Shown: positions 21,361 to 41,457 of the stretch, in pieces
Position numbering within the stretch: the first letter of the stretch is position 1
Layout: every line of letters begins with the position of its first letter
Source of the DNA: Amoebidium appalachense
Lineage: Eukaryota > Protista > Ichthyosporea
DNA: 64,000 nucleotides
Assembly: GCA_963693365.1 (NCBI GenBank)
Contig: CAVNZM010000011.1
Coordinates: forward strand, 8,669,937 to 8,733,936
Reading direction: 5' to 3'
Made by a program: the position numbers and the translations under genes
Notes under the pieces: generated by a model
The model's input: the letters and a program-made list of their open reading frames with translations, nothing else
Told to the model about the DNA's origin: nothing
Database searches by the model: none

Positions 21361-21617
21361 GGGGAACCCCAACTAATTGATTTCTCCTTGTAGTCTTTAT
21401 GGTGTCTCGTAGAGAAAGTAAACCCTGATATATAGTCACCACCCGACATCTATGTACGTGATCATGATATACCGCTGAGGGGATATTCCGAGCAAACCCC
21501 CCCCCCCCCATACCTGAGACTGGTTCTCTTTGCCTCGAGTAAACAGCGTAAACCCCTAATAGACATATCGCGAAAAAAAAGGTATGGGCGTGATCCTCTC
21601 GTCGAGAGGACCTCTAA

Positions 21618-23460
21618 GGGCCTGTTTGGCAACCCGGGTTTAGGGTCCTAAATCCGGATTACGGGCGATTTTGGGTTTAGCGCTAAATCCAAATCTCAAA
21701 ATCCAGCCGCTGCCAAACAGACGGCCAGATCCGGTCACGTATATCTGGGTTTCAAACCCCTCGGACATGGCCGTAATCTGGATTCCACTAATCCACCTCG
21801 GGAGGTGGATTAGCGCGAAATCCTTTCAGGTCCTGAATGTCCGACCCAATGAATGTTCATTTTATGGAACTATATATGGTGTCCTTTTGCACCAATCGTC
21901 GATAGTTTGAAGTGGCCAAAAAAGGATTGTTGAAAGGGCGCCAAACCAAACTTCCGTTGCTGGCAGCATGTGGGCTGCGACAGCTGTGCCTTGAACTGCG
22001 ACACCTGCACCAACGCACGGACTTGCACGTGGGGAACGTTATAAAAACAGACACGAAGAAAAGTATGCTCGAGTGATGTGTGTGATGGAGCCAAATAGGC
22101 GGTTGGCGTTTCTGAACTCGAAAGTGGCTGAGCAGGCTCGTGGATATTAAGAGGCCCTATAATTTCCTTTTTTTTTTTTTCTTTTTTTTTCTTTCTTTTT
22201 TTTGTTATGGTGTGGGCGGGGGGATAGTGCAAGAAACATCTTTTACGTGTAGAAGTGAGTATGATGTAGTGATCACCGTTTGAAATCATTGTTTTAGTGT
22301 TCGGCCTCGCCGCCTGGTGCAGCATTAGTAGGAATACAAAAGTACTCAGAATGACCTTTGCAACATCATGTGCAGAAAGGTGTGTGTGTGTGCAGTTTTT
22401 TTCTTTTCTTTTACCTACTATCTTTCTTTGAGGGGGGGGGGGGGGGGGGGGGGGGGGGACGGGGACGGGACGGACACATGTCACTGCACGATTCAGTGCT
22501 CATTTACTATTCACCAGGCACCCTGTGCCCTGCTCGTGTAGTCAACCCACATAGCTGCAGCAATTTGATCTCTTCTGGCATCTGCCTCTGCCTCGTCTTC
22601 TTGTTGGTTTTGGTTGCCCCTGCCTAACACAGAGTTAAAAAACATCAAGGCCTTTACATCAAGCATACAGTCTTATAAATCATCCCCCTACCCACCCCCT
22701 CCTTTCCCCTGGTTCCCCACACACACCAACAACGCTGCCGCCGCTCAGAGGCACACTCCATCCCAACTCGAGCAATATCAGTCACACCACAAAAACCACA
22801 TCAAAAAAACGTGCAGACGCACACTCCAACCCATCTTGACCCGTTGCCCACCACAAAACCAGAGAACAAAATAAAAACAAAAATAACTGAAAAACTGGTA
22901 GAGGAAGAGAAACAAAACCAAATGCAACCAAAGACTTACCACGTGTAGGCAAGTTGTGCTGCTCTTCGTCTGAGTAGTGGCCATGCTCCTCCGCGTTGTG
23001 CTTTTTTATAAAGTTCATAAGTAGAAAGCAAACAAGAATGATCTTCGAGAGCATCTTACTGTAGGACAGTAGTTGGTGGCTTTCTGGAGTATCTGAAAGC
23101 GGTTTTTCAGCATACCATAGAACCGCTCAATGACCACCCGCGCCTTGGCATGCCTCAGGTTGAATAACTCCTTCGCATTCTGAGGACTAGAACACGACAC
23201 ATGAATAGACAACACCAGACACTTCAACATCAATATGACAGTGTGTGTGTGCGCGTGGCTGTTTGTGTGTGTGCATGTTCGTTTAGTAGTGTGTGCACGC
23301 GGGCATGACCCGTGCGGGCACACGCGGACGCATGTGTGTGTGCGTATTTGTACACGTGAGTCTGTGTAGGTGTTTGTGCATGCGCGCACGACCTTCAGGT
23401 TGGATGTGTAAACTATCTATCTCTCTTTTTCTCTCCCTATCCACTCTCTCTGTGCATGTG

Positions 23461-23532
<72 letters not shown>

Positions 23533-25022
23533 TGTGTGTGTTTGTGTGTGTGTGCAGAACAAAAGGAAACGGGAAAAGCACACTTTTTTACAGATGTAGG
23601 GAGGGGAGTGATGGGTCGAGGGGCCTTCTTTTTTTGGGGGAGGGGGGGAGGGGGGGAGGGGGGGGGGGGGGGGGGGGGGGGGCTAAATACGCCATTGCTC
23701 CCGTCCCGTACTCCTTCAGATGATAGCGGACTCCTCTGTAGGGTGCCAAAATTTCGTTTGTGTTCGGGTAGCCCTGGTCACCCAGGTAAACTTTCCCCGT
23801 CGGCACACGTAAATTTTGTGGAGGGGGCTGCTCGAGGGCACAGTTCAACACTGTGCTGTCTGCACCACATCCCTCCCCACCGGGCAAACAATATGTGGAA
23901 TATGCTTCCCAGTCGCATGCACCCAATACATTTTGTGCTGTGAAACCTTTCCTGCACCGATACCGATCAGCAGCCTCCGGTTTGACCTTGCACGGAACAA
24001 GAGTGCCATCAACTGCCCCGAGAACAATACGGAAGTAAGGCCAAAACTCAGGGTTTTCACGCACCCAACTAGGCACCATATATGACTCATCGGGTTGAAT
24101 CATGTATTCTTCCCCGAGAGCAGCAAGCGTGGCATCGATGCCTTCTCGAAAACGCCTGCAGCACACAATGATGTCTGATTATTTTCCACATTCCTACATA
24201 TAAGCTTCATTGAAAACAACAGCAAAACCTTGAGACAGTGCACGCGCACGTGCACCCTGGACAGTGGAACACAACCCATTCGGAGCATTGTTGTTTAACA
24301 AGCACAGACAAATGCTGCAAACACACAGCCAATAACATAATTCAACAGGGCAGGAGTCATAGCACTACATACCGGCTCACGGTCTCAGTGCTGTGTTGGA
24401 AACGTTCGGCAACGTTCCTGACTGCAACACCCTGCCCAAGGGTATACAGCATCATGCAGGTAACTTCCTGAGCGTCCATGTTACATTATCACTCTCTTCA
24501 ATGAATGGAGCCAACTTCTCAATTAACTCCCTTGCAACATATGGACTCACGCGTAGGACATCGTTCACCCTTGTCTCGTGAGCTGTGCCAAGCAGTTCTT
24601 GCACATACTCTCTACCACTGAGCGGGGAAGTACGACAGGGCTCTTTGAGCTCTGGGCTATAGGTCAAGGCTGCAATCGCAGCCAAAAGGGCTATGTTCCG
24701 GGCTGCATACATGGTGAGTGTCTCAAAAAAAACCGTATACAACTCAGCACTTTCGTGGTTTATTACTGCTTATCACTATGGTGTATATGTGTAGCGGGTC
24801 TGCAATTGCAAGTCACCGACCGGTGATGAACAGCGTGACAGCTGCAGAGCAAATCTAACCCGAAATCGTACGTGGGCTGTTTGGCATCCATGGGTTATCT
24901 ACCCGGCTTAACCCAGGTTTCGGCTGAGATCCGGATTCTGCAGCATAATCTGGATCTCGATTTTGATATCCAGATATCCCCCGAAATCCAGATTACACTA
25001 ACCCGCGTTGCCAAACAGGCCC
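21618..25022 (-). mobile_element. PIF/Harbinger DNA transposon, complete ends
   Basis: TIR GGGCCTGTTTGGCAAC(C/G)CGGGTT, 23 bp with 1 mismatch, at both ends; TAA TSD at 21615-17 and 25023-25; internal DDE transposase. Confidence 0.95.
22960..24712 (-). pseudogene. Harbinger (DDE_Tnp_4/HARBI1-like) transposase, intron-containing, frameshifted
   Basis: Segments RTSPLSGREYVQELL; MMLYTLGQGVAVRNVAERFQHSTETVSR; LGAVDGTLV...YRCRKGFTAQNVLGACD...GGEGCGADSTV...YLGDQGY...LAPYRGVRYHL; ELFNLRHAKARVVIERFYGMLKNRFQIL. Frameshifts near 24478 and 23060. Confidence 0.9.
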
Positions 25023-25257
25023 TAAACTGCTTTCGCCTTCACGGTATCGCGATCGGGGGGGCCAGATATCTATAGGGTGCCATCTACGATGTCCGGCACC
25101 ATATGTAAAAACACTCGGCCCCAACCAAAAACAAGATCCCTACTTTCTCGTAGCCAATCAAATCAAATACAAAGTGAATGCGACTCATCGATTATTGAAA
25201 ACTATCCGTTTTGTTTGGTAGATTATTCACTCAAAATCTGGTTTGACCAAACAGCTT

Positions 25258-25395
25258 TTGCAAGGGTTCTGAAGCTTTAGACATTTATTTGCAAGTTTTA
25301 TGAAGCTTTAGACATTTATTTGCAAGGTTTATGAAGCTTTAACATTTATTTGCAAGATTTGTGAAGCTTTAGACGTTTATTTGCAAGTTTTTTGA
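25258..25395. repeat. About 30-bp tandem repeat, 4-5 copies (TTTGCAAG.TTT.TGAAGCTTTAGACATTTA)
   Basis: Direct inspection. Confidence 0.85.
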
Positions 25396-26015
25396 AAGTC
25401 GCGCGCCACATCTACTTTTTATTTCATAAAATTTTGGCGAAAAATCGAGCATTTTGTTTTCGACGGCTCAGGCCCTACAAAAAAGTGGAGCGTTACGCAA
25501 TCGAGAAGCCGTGTTCACCAAAGTTTGCAAGTTCGTAGGCCGAGTGATCATAAATTGCGAGACCGAGCAGTGGTAACTTTTGGTGAGAACGGCTTCGAGT
25601 GAGGTTTGGCTACAAGAAGTTTTTATTCTGTATTTTGTTAACAATAGTATTATCCTGATAGTTTGTTTCTTTTGCATTAATTCAAATCAATCCTTATATA
25701 TTATTATTTATATTATTAATTATTGTTTTTGTTGTTGTTATGAAGTGCGCCTACCTTCAATTCATAAAACACAACAAACATGTAACTATGCGTAACTAAT
25801 TTTTTTCGATAGTATATTATATTATTGTGTTAAAAAAAAACCAGGAATATGTTTTCATGTGTTTGAAACAAACTGTGCCTCATTCTTTTTTGATATGGAA
25901 ACCTGCTGAATAAAAGAAGCCATCTGATTGGCACGAGGATAAACCCGAAGGTATATAAAGGCCGCCACCTCATATTCATTCTCTCATTTTCTTATTTCTC
26001 GGGTGCCTTCGCCCG

Positions 26016-26149
26016 ATTGACAAGCGGGAGTGGAATCAACCTTATCGGAGTGGATTAACCAGCTCGATAACCAGCTCGATCGCTGGTTAATTCACTCGGA
26101 GCCGCCCGGAGTGAGATTAGCTCAAGTTAATCCACTCCCGGGAGTCAAT
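26016..26149. repeat. Short palindromic MITE-like element
   Basis: ATTGAC...CGGGAGTGGA.T.AAC at the left end is matched imperfectly by GTTAATCCACTCCCGGGAGTCAAT at the right end; the GGAGTGGATTAAC motif is repeated internally. Confidence 0.5.
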
Positions 26150-26318
26150 AAAAGCCGAGTTAAAAACTCTAGTGGCCAAACCGTTGTGAAGCGGTAACGG
26201 TTATCGCTTTCGACCCCCCCCCCCCCTCTCTCTCTCTAGAGCTCTCTCTCGAGCAGAGCTCTGTGAACTGTCTCTCTCGAGCACACACACACACACTCTC
26301 TCTCTCCCAGCTCTCTCT

Positions 26319-26357
<39 letters not shown>

Positions 26358-26466
26358 CTCTCTCTCCCTCTCTCTCTCTCTCCCCCTTCCCCCCCCCCCC
26401 CTCCCTCTCTCTCTCTTCCCACCTTTTTCTCGCTCTCTCTCTCTCTCTCTCTCTCTTCCCACCCTC

Positions 26467-26551
<85 letters not shown>

Positions 26552-26867
26552 CTTTCCACCTTTTTCTCGCTCTCTCCCTCTCTCCCTCTCTCTCTCTTCC
26601 CATAGTCACCCAGAGTGCTGTCTCCCTGCAGCTGCAGCTGTGGCCTCTTCTTCTTCTTCTTCTTCTTCTTCTTCTTTTTTTGTACGTCCCGTTGCGTAGT
26701 AGTGCCCGGCCACTTACGCGTAAGCCAGTGGGTACATATCCTTGGAGACTACTACTCTCCCCACCTTTTCCTCGCTCTCTCTCTGTCTCTCTCTTCCCAC
26801 CTTTTTCTCGCTCTCAATCTTTCTCTCTCTTCCCACCTTTTTCTCGCTCTCTCTCTCTCTCTCTTCT

Positions 26868-26971
<104 letters not shown>

Positions 26972-26985
26972 CACCTTTCAAACTC

Positions 26986-27036
<51 letters not shown>

Positions 27037-27056
27037 GTGCTTCATGAGCTCTCTCA

Positions 27057-29471
<2,415 letters not shown>

Positions 29472-30199
29472 CGGCAGTCGCAAAGTCAGCCACAAAGCCT
29501 TTCTTTTGGCCAAGACTGATTGGCTACACTATGGTATGACGTCACGACGTTCCGCCACCTCTCAAAACTCTTGCTCTATGATTGGCTTAGAGTCAGCATG
29601 TGGTTGTCCCTGGCCTTATCGCGTTGATCAGTCTGCGCAGTTTGTGCTTCTGTGGGAAGTGTTCGATACGTCAGCGACTCAGCGGTTCAAGAGTATATAT
29701 CTTTTGTTTGTGCGAATTGTTTCATTTTTCTTTGTTCTGTTTGTCTTGTTCTGTTTCGATGTTTTTTTGCACCAGAGAATAATTTGCTGGCCTCACCTGT
29801 CATTTACTTTTCTCTGCTTCTCTTTTGCCTCGACCTGTCATTTCCTTTTTTCTGCTTCCCATTTGCGCCGAGGTTTGCCACGTAACGGGTCTGTAATAGG
29901 TTTTGAGGAAGAGTAGAGGAGGCTTGAAGAGGGTCACAAGTTGAATGCGCACACGTTGTGTAGAATATTGAGTTGCGTTATCTGTAAATGTGCCGAAAGC
30001 TATACTAAACCCACCGTATTTTTGCCTTCTCATTCACACTACAGTTGAGCGCTAAAGCACGGGCGCCTTATGTTTTCCTTTCTTGTGCGTCTTCTTCATT
30101 ACTAGACCTCGGCCTTAAACATCTCGGTGACCTTCGTTCGTGCCCTCAACTTTACTTTTTCTTTGGGTTTTTTCTTAACTTTTTATTCTCTAGTTGGAG

Positions 30200-34632
<4,433 letters not shown>

Positions 34633-35059
34633 AACGACGTCGTGTCTGACTAACTGAAATTTGTCTCTAACGGCACTACTCTTCAAGCGGAAAATTATTT
34701 TTATATTATTTTATTTTAATATATAATTTACCAGCGCAGTACGATCGTGCTTTCTGCAGAAAAGATATAGTGTAGCACACTCTTCGAGATATTTGCATGT
34801 GTATATATTAATCTTTGACGAGTCAGCTCTGCGTATACATGTACAGCCGCATTTGTAAACAACTTTAGTCACGAATGACATATCTAAACCCAGCCCGGAT
34901 TGGGGCAGGTCTCGTAACGTTTGGTGTTTTGTATAGAGTGAAGGACTATATAGTCTTTGGTTTCGGTTCGTAGAATTTGCGCGCGTGTTTATAATGCATG
35001 ATATTTTACCAATGGACACTGATCAGATGTATGGTTGCGTGTGACGATCTTTTAGCATA

Positions 35060-35335
35060 TCCGACCTGTTGTCCTTTTGTGCCACAAGGGTTTCATGATG
35101 TGTTTGCTCCATATCTGGATAGGATTGTAGATACATACAGTGTTAAAAAAGTTTGGACTTCTGGCATACCCACCATGTTTTTTTCTGCGGTGCACAGAAA
35201 ATCCCGATATATCTAGTTAGGAATGTAGATAAATGTTACAAATTGGCGTTGTTGGTGAAATATGGTGGTGTGTCCACGTGGATGAGTTCGAGACCTTCCA
35301 GCCCCCTTTCCTATTGTGGGTTATTAGAGCAGAGC
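35060..35335 (+). pseudogene. Possible degenerate DXD-type (GT32-like) glycosyltransferase fragment
   Basis: DKCYKLALLVKYGGV, followed in another frame by HVDEFETFQP, resembles D..R...L..YGG.Y.D.D...L.P. Short, frameshifted and weak. Confidence 0.3.
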
Positions 35336-35901
35336 AAAAAATTTATAAACCTCCAAAATCGACCCCATTCAACCCCCCCCCCCCCCCCCTGCGGCCGCCG
35401 CGGCCCCCATCAAAACAATAAAAATAGATTTCAAACCACCAAAATACACGCACATATTCGTTCAATTTGCACAGAAACCCACGATCGGAATGGCCGCAAG
35501 ATGAGGCACGCAAATGTTCCTGTCGTATTCATACAAAACGTTATTCCGCGTTCTTTATATACGACTATATTCTTTATAAAAATAATTCCGCATTCTTTAT
35601 GAAAATAATTCCGCATTCTTTATGAAAATAATTCCACATTCTTTCCCTCGTTTCAGTGACTCACCTAGACCAATTGGAGCCCGACATATGTCGGCATTTT
35701 GGCGTCCAGTGTCGCCATATGTGCCGCTTTGTGCTTTGTTAACGTCGCGATCGGTGATGTGTCACTTGTCTTTGCCTCTCTGTGTGGTGTTCAGGTCGCT
35801 TCTTTTTCAAAAATTCCCGCGTAATTTTTTTATATTTTAGGGATCCGTAGGAAAGTGTCGACTACCCTCCTCCCCCCCCCCTCCCCCCCTGCCAACCCTC
35901 C

Positions 35902-35932
<31 letters not shown>

Positions 35933-36218
35933 AGAAACTCCGCACTAGTATTGCGCATGCAAATGAGAACCATCCCCCCTCCCCCCGCAGACATCCTTCT
36001 CCCCCCCCCCCCCCCCCCCCCCCCCCCGCAAAGTGCCTCCGTCCTTCCCTGATTGCGTGACACGATGGCAGCACCCCCACGTACACGTGGTGTGGTAATA
36101 GCACAGTCACAAGATACCACCTTCCCGATTCTCGGCCCTCCCTCCTTGTCTCTCTCCGTGTCTAGGTGTGTGTGTGTGTCGGCCGGCAGGGGGAGGGGGG
36201 AGGGTGGGTGGGGACGGG

Positions 36219-36267
<49 letters not shown>

Positions 36268-36390
36268 GGGAGAGGAAGGAAGGGGGGGGGGGGGGGGGAA
36301 GGGGGGAGCGAGTGGGGTGGTGGTGACTGTTGGGGGGGGGGGGGGGGGAGGGAGGGGGAGAGGGGTACAGCAGGGGGGGGGGGGGGGGGA

Positions 36391-36447
<57 letters not shown>

Positions 36448-37394
36448 GGGGGGGGGGGGGAAGGCAACGGGGTGGAAGTACCAAGAAAAAGGTTGAGGGG
36501 AATCACTGCCAGGATTAGCGAGTATAATTTTCCTCTTCTTTTCTCATATTTTTCCTACGAAAGTGGTGTTGTGTGTGTGTGCGTATTCTACGTGCTTTTG
36601 TGCGGCCGTACGTGCGTCTGCGGGTGTGTGCGAGTGTGTGTGTGTGTTGGCACATGCGCACACGTGGTGGTGTGCGTGCTTGTGTGTATGTGTGTGTGTC
36701 AGTGCGTGCACGCATACGTGTGCGCTTGTGCCCATGCGCATGTGTGTACAAGTGTGTGTGTGTGTGCCTGCGTGCATATGTGTCTCTGTGCACCACCTAT
36801 GTTTGGGGAGGGGGGGGGGGTAGGTGCAAAACGTATTTCAATGAGGCCCAGTAGCTCAATACCTTTGGGACACCGATTGCCGGAGCTCCAAAGCAGATGA
36901 TTCTTCCTGGCGTCGGATACTTCTTGCAATAGTTATTTAGTTTCCTCGGTGCCAGCACCAGGAAGATATATATTTTTAACCAAGGGATTTCATTGGCTCT
37001 TAAAAGCCCGTAACAGGCATACAATACCTGTAGTCTACTTTCTTCATACCTCCATTATCATATCTCCAATATAAAAAATTCACTTGTAATTTAAGCCGGT
37101 GTGTCCCGGCCCGGAGCCTGAACACGGCTAAATTCCCACTGTTGTATCCACTGCTGCGTATATCCAGATTTTCAATATAGCACTATGTAATTGATCCAAT
37201 GCCAGGTATCATCATATGTTAGTCAGTACTGCTCTAAACACTGGTGTCCCATCACACAACCACCGTAGTAGGTTACAGCCAAAACTCCTACTCAAAGCAT
37301 GGAAGGAGACAAGAAGAAAACGAGAATCAAGACATAAAAAGAAAACAAACACAATGGAAAGGTAAGGAAACAGTGGGTGAGTGTGTTGGTTGTT

Positions 37395-37425
<31 letters not shown>

Positions 37426-37477
37426 AGGCAGGCATTTACAACACACCACTGCTCTAAAGCAACCGTTGCTTTAGAAT

Positions 37478-38244
37478 TTAAAAGATCGTCGAGAACAACG
37501 CTACACTTGCAGCAACAAACAACGAAAGAACAGGTGAGTTTGTCGAAGCAGAGCTTCCACCAATAGGAGCAACGATAGGGGTGGGGATAGGCCCGTTTAG
37601 AGGGACAGCAACACTCCCCGTCGTTGTACCGTTAAACACTACCTGAAGAGCCTTTTGCGTTGATGGGTTAAACGCACACACAGGCCCGACGTTGTCGATT
37701 TCGATGGGGGATGCGACCGTAGTGCATTTGTCGTCAACGTAAACGAGACGGAGGAATTTCCCCTCTCCGGCGGGGAAGAGCTTAGACCATACAATGCGGT
37801 TTCCGTTTTGTTTTGCGACTTGTTCAAGTTGTTCGCGCGTGGATGAATAACGGTAGGTCGTGCCATTTGCATAGATATCCTCGTGAACGGAGTAGTGGAG
37901 CATGCACGTTCCAGCGAAATCAATGTTGGAGTTCCCCGTCACCTTAACCTGGCGAATGTCCGGGCATTCGGTGGTGTTAAGGGTGTTGAAGAGAACACGA
38001 TGCAGTTCACCTGTGACGGTCGCTGGGGCGGAGGTGTCGAAACCCCAGTTCTCAAGGGCGTAGATTTCACTGCGCACGACACGTTTTCCTTGCACCTGTT
38101 ATTTGTGAAAAGATGAGGGTGCGTGTCAGGTTTGGTATAAGACAGTGGTCGGGGTGGGGGAAGGGCGGCGGGGGGAACCCCAGGAGAAGGGGGGGGGGGG
38201 GGGGGGAAGAGACAAGCGAGGGGGAGGGGAGGGGAGGGAGGGAA

Positions 38245-38328
<84 letters not shown>

Positions 38329-38723
38329 GGGGGGGAGAGGATAAGAGTATGACGGTGTGCTGGTTTCTTGTTTGGATGTGTGGGCCTTCTTGGTTCTCAT
38401 GCTGATGTAGGTGTTGTGATTTTGTTCTTTTCGCTTGGTTCTCATGCTGATGTAGGTGTTGTGATTTTGTTCTTTTCGCTTTTGTGTGAGTGTGCAGTGC
38501 TTTTCATTTGTGCCATTTGTGGTTAGGTGGTGATGCACGAGCTCATGTGCGTGTATGGAGAATGTGTGGAGCGTGTGTAAAAACCATTTGAACATGCGTG
38601 TGCATGGTTTATGTGTGTGTCTGTGTGTGCGGGTGGTCACGGCGTGCGCGTTCTGTGTATGCCACATTTGTGTGTACAGATGTGTATGTGTCTCATGTGG
38701 AAATGCAGGACACCTAACCCCCC

Positions 38724-38794
<71 letters not shown>

Positions 38795-39344
38795 AACACG
38801 ACCCCACATGCACAAAAAACCCAACGTGTGTTAACCTTCATTTACTAAAACTGAAACTGAAAAGGAAGAAAAGTGCCCCAGTAGTTTTCTGTCACAACAT
38901 TCACTGCGCACACAGAAATCAAAATAAAAAACAAAAAATACTCACGTTATCCTCGAGCGTCGAGCACACACCCATCTTGATGGTAGAAGTGAACGAATTG
39001 GGCACCCCCTTGCACGTTGCGTTATTGGCCCCCGTGTTGAACGACCGTGTGTGCAGGAAGTGAGTCCCGTTGTGCGTCGTAAACCACGAGTCGGTAGCGT
39101 TCGAACTCGTGTTAAAGAAACTCTGGCATGTGTCCATGGGGAAAACCTCGGTAGTTCCGGGAGCGCTTTCACAGTTAGGGCCCTGATATTTCTTCAGAGT
39201 CATAATGTAGCGAGCTTTAACTCCCGTGGTGGCAGCCGTGGTGGGGGTCATGGGGACACCGGTGGAAGCCAAGCCGGAAGTGGTGGTGGCGGCAGCGCTC
39301 GCGCCGGCGACTGTAAAGGCAATAACTGAAATTGGGGTGAGCAT
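37478..39344 (-). CDS. Secreted, probably GPI-anchored surface glycoprotein of unknown family, 2 exons, about 338 aa
   Basis: Exon 1 is 39344-38946 (MLTPISVIAFTVAGASA signal peptide, Thr-rich stretch), then a phase-0 GTGAGT...AACAG intron, then exon 2 38095-37478 ending GGSSASTNSPVLSLFVAASVALFSTIF*. Many N-x-S/T sequons; TATATA upstream at ~39472-39477. Confidence 0.85.
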
Positions 39345-41091
39345 TTTCGTGTGAAGTAGAAAAAACAGGAGGCAAAAAGTACGAACAAGAAGAGGGGCGA
39401 CGTTGGGGATCGATATGGCAGAAACGAGCCCGTTGAATGACTGGAGAAGCAATTAGGCCGGCGCGCTGCCTATATACCCGACTTCGTGCTCGTGTAGATC
39501 TCCAGAGGAGGGTAGGATCTTGATAATACTTGGATGCCGGCCGGCGAATCGGCGATCATAGCCCAGAGTAGACTCTTGAATGGAGGAACTTGGTTGAGCC
39601 TTTATAAAAAGGGCGAGAGCATTTTTTTGGATTCATTATTTAACATTGATGTTGAAAAAAAAATAATCAGATATGTTTCTTCACTTTTGCTATAGCCCTA
39701 ACGAAGTTGGCCTGCTCATGTGTCCAAGTACTAGTATCACGCGTGTCTCTGCTCATGTGTGTGCGTGAGTGCCTTGGTAAAGCTCCCAATGTTTTTCCTT
39801 TTTTTGCTAAAAAAGAAGAATTTTTTTTTTCTCGTAAACTCAAAAACTATAAGAAAAAACATTCCACGGAGCCTTTCGGGAAAATGAAGGTATCACTGAT
39901 ATGTGCACGCGTTATCTTGTTGCTCGGAAAAGCGTCGACCCTTTTCCGAGTAATCAGAAGCTTTGCGCCAACCAAAACCGCTTAAATCGAGCAACCAATC
40001 ATAAATGATAATTTAGTTGAAGTAAGAGAAATATGATTGGTTGTCGTTGACGCATAGATCTATTCAGGCTGTTTGATGTCCGCGACCCCGCATGATACGC
40101 AACACTCAGACGCTCCATCACCGTGTATAAACTTGAAAGCAAAATAGAGTTAAATGAACTAATCTAATATATTGTATGTGTTTTATTATGCTTTTTCTGC
40201 TACAATCTATTACCGCTCAGACCTAGCCCACACACACGGTATGCAAACCCGACGAATCTATTTAGATCCCGCGAACGAATTCCATTGGATTACGTTACAG
40301 AAGCATGCAAAAACGTTATAAATAGAATTCATTACTGAGTTGTCGTGGGCCCCCAGCCGGCCCCAGGCCCCAACAGAGCATGCCATGCATCATCTCTGGC
40401 AAAAATACAATAAAACATGATTTTTATACCATTTTAGTTAGCCGGGCAACTAACAAAAGGACACATGCATGCATCCGACATTGATAATCAAGTAATATTT
40501 GAGCTCAAGTTTCAGTAGTTTTATTCCCCCCGCCCGCCCGGGCAAGATCTTTTTTTGTCAAAAATAGCAGCTCCGGTGAGCTCCTGCTACACTGCGGCTG
40601 CATCACGTGCAATGATGCCAGGCCTCGTGCTCATGAATGAATTATGAATTCGAAGCGCACGCGCACGCGAAATGCACTGAACATTCACCCCAAGCGACAT
40701 GCTGAAGCTTTCGAGGACAACCAAATAGACAACCTTGGCTGGCTGCATGGACAGACGGTACCGGTGGCCTTCCTCATATGACAGAGACATTAAACTTGAA
40801 ATTCGAATTCCTCCGAGGGCCCAGGTGTGGTGCACGTGCATGCGCATGTCTTGGTTTCCCGGTTGTAATTAGATGATGTTGATTTCAGGCATCCCGGAGG
40901 CATTTTTTTAAACAACAAGCTCCACCTGTTACTTCGGATCCCCTCACCTCGGGCCCCTCCCCCCCCCGCCCCCCACCCCTCCCCCTCCCCCCCCATACAC
41001 ACATCCCACCCCTCCCCCCACCCGCCCTTTGCGCCATGGCCTTTTCCCCCATCCCCCCTCCCCGCCCCCCTCCCCCTCCCCCCCCTCGAGC

Positions 41092-41254
<163 letters not shown>

Positions 41255-41423
41255 ATTTCCCCTCCTCCCTCTTCAATCCCTCTCCCCCCTCACTCTCTCT
41301 AGATCTGATCATGAGATCTCTCTCTCTCTCTCCCTCTGTCGAACCCCCCCCCCTCCCCCTCCCCTCCGCGCCCCCTCCCCCCTCTCCCCCCCCCCTCCCC
41401 CCTTCCCCCCCCTCCCCGGCCCG

Positions 41424-41457
<34 letters not shown>

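Larger units (their letters stand above)
15914..25101. mobile_element. Putative TA-targeting DNA element (Tc1/mariner-like target signature, no own transposase seen) with perfect 20-bp TIRs, carrying nested insertions
   Basis: TGGTGCCGGACATCGTAGAT at 15914-15933 and its exact reverse complement at 25082-25101, each flanked by TA (15912-13 and 25102-03). Recognisable old-LINE RT homology ends near the left TA. Confidence 0.65.

Noticed and set aside
36830-37250. Minus-strand FRLRAGTHRLKLQ as a LINE C-terminal fragment
   Set aside because: A single short motif with no supporting RT or tail; too weak to annotate.
36220-38330. Very long G runs as functional G-quadruplex elements
   Set aside because: Such runs are ubiquitous in the window and their lengths are unreliable in long-read consensus; nothing locus-specific supports a function.
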